A DNA stretch of 41,004 nucleotides from an uncultured delta proteobacterium (GTDB taxonomy: Bacteria > Desulfobacterota > Binatia > Bin18), in the NCBI GenBank assembly GCA_963733195.1, contig CAVTCR010000039.1, positions 1 to 41,004 on the forward strand, written 5' to 3'. The translations under genes were made by a program, and so were the position numbers. Shown one piece after another: positions 40,718-41,004 of the stretch. Under the pieces are notes generated by a model. The model searched no databases. It saw only the letters and a program-made list of their open reading frames with translations, and was not told where the DNA came from. The number at the start of each line of letters is the position of its first letter. Position 1 is the first letter of the stretch.

Positions 40718-41004
40718 GGAAGGAGAGTAGGGTTTCCTTATCATCGAGAGCGCATCTATAAAAAATAGTGAGTATAGTCGAGGTGCTGATGTCTCCCCCC
40801 AACCCCAGCGCTCCGCCAGCCAGCAGCCAGCGAGGCGGTGGGGAAGGGAGGGGGAACTAACTAGTTGAGCATAATCAAAATGATCAAATGTTATAGGGAA
40901 CACCACAAGGCCCGATCCCCGTGGGCAGAGAAGTCTCAGAGACGGAGGGAAGTCTATGCCCACAAGACCCTGCCCCCTCCGTGGTAGTCCAGAGTGCCAT
41001 GAGG

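Overview
This is a bacterial accessory region; host identity cannot be fixed from the window, though the gene content is loosely reminiscent of deltaproteobacteria-like soil or sediment lineages. From left to right it holds: (1) a small stress and metal cluster (Cys-rich protein, a rhodanese with an in-frame TGA plus SECIS-like hairpin that probably encodes selenocysteine, CBS and BON proteins); (2) IS1/IS4 and gene debris and a secreted CHRD protein; (3) a minus-strand ABC-transporter-dependent glycan locus (wzm, wzt, rmd-like, gmd, a methyltransferase with a tandem-repeat coiled coil, and GT4 transferases), probably making a methyl-capped D-rhamnose-containing polymer; (4) amidohydrolase and enoyl-CoA hydratase genes among IS5, IS982 and IS66 remnants; (5) a RelE/HTH toxin-antitoxin pair and a secreted HExxH metallopeptidase with five 162-bp repeats plus a small partner protein; (6) a full-length group II intron whose RT has WADD, inserted in the third gene of a linalool-dehydratase-like / CobW-like operon; (7) YbaK, then a dif-like site followed by a plasmid-like module (zapA, wHTH Rep-like gene, palindromic centromere-like sites, RHH protein, parA, higBA). 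Many otherwise intact genes carry single-base frameshifts. These may be long-read consensus errors, so pseudogene calls are provisional. All family assignments are by motif recognition, not database search.
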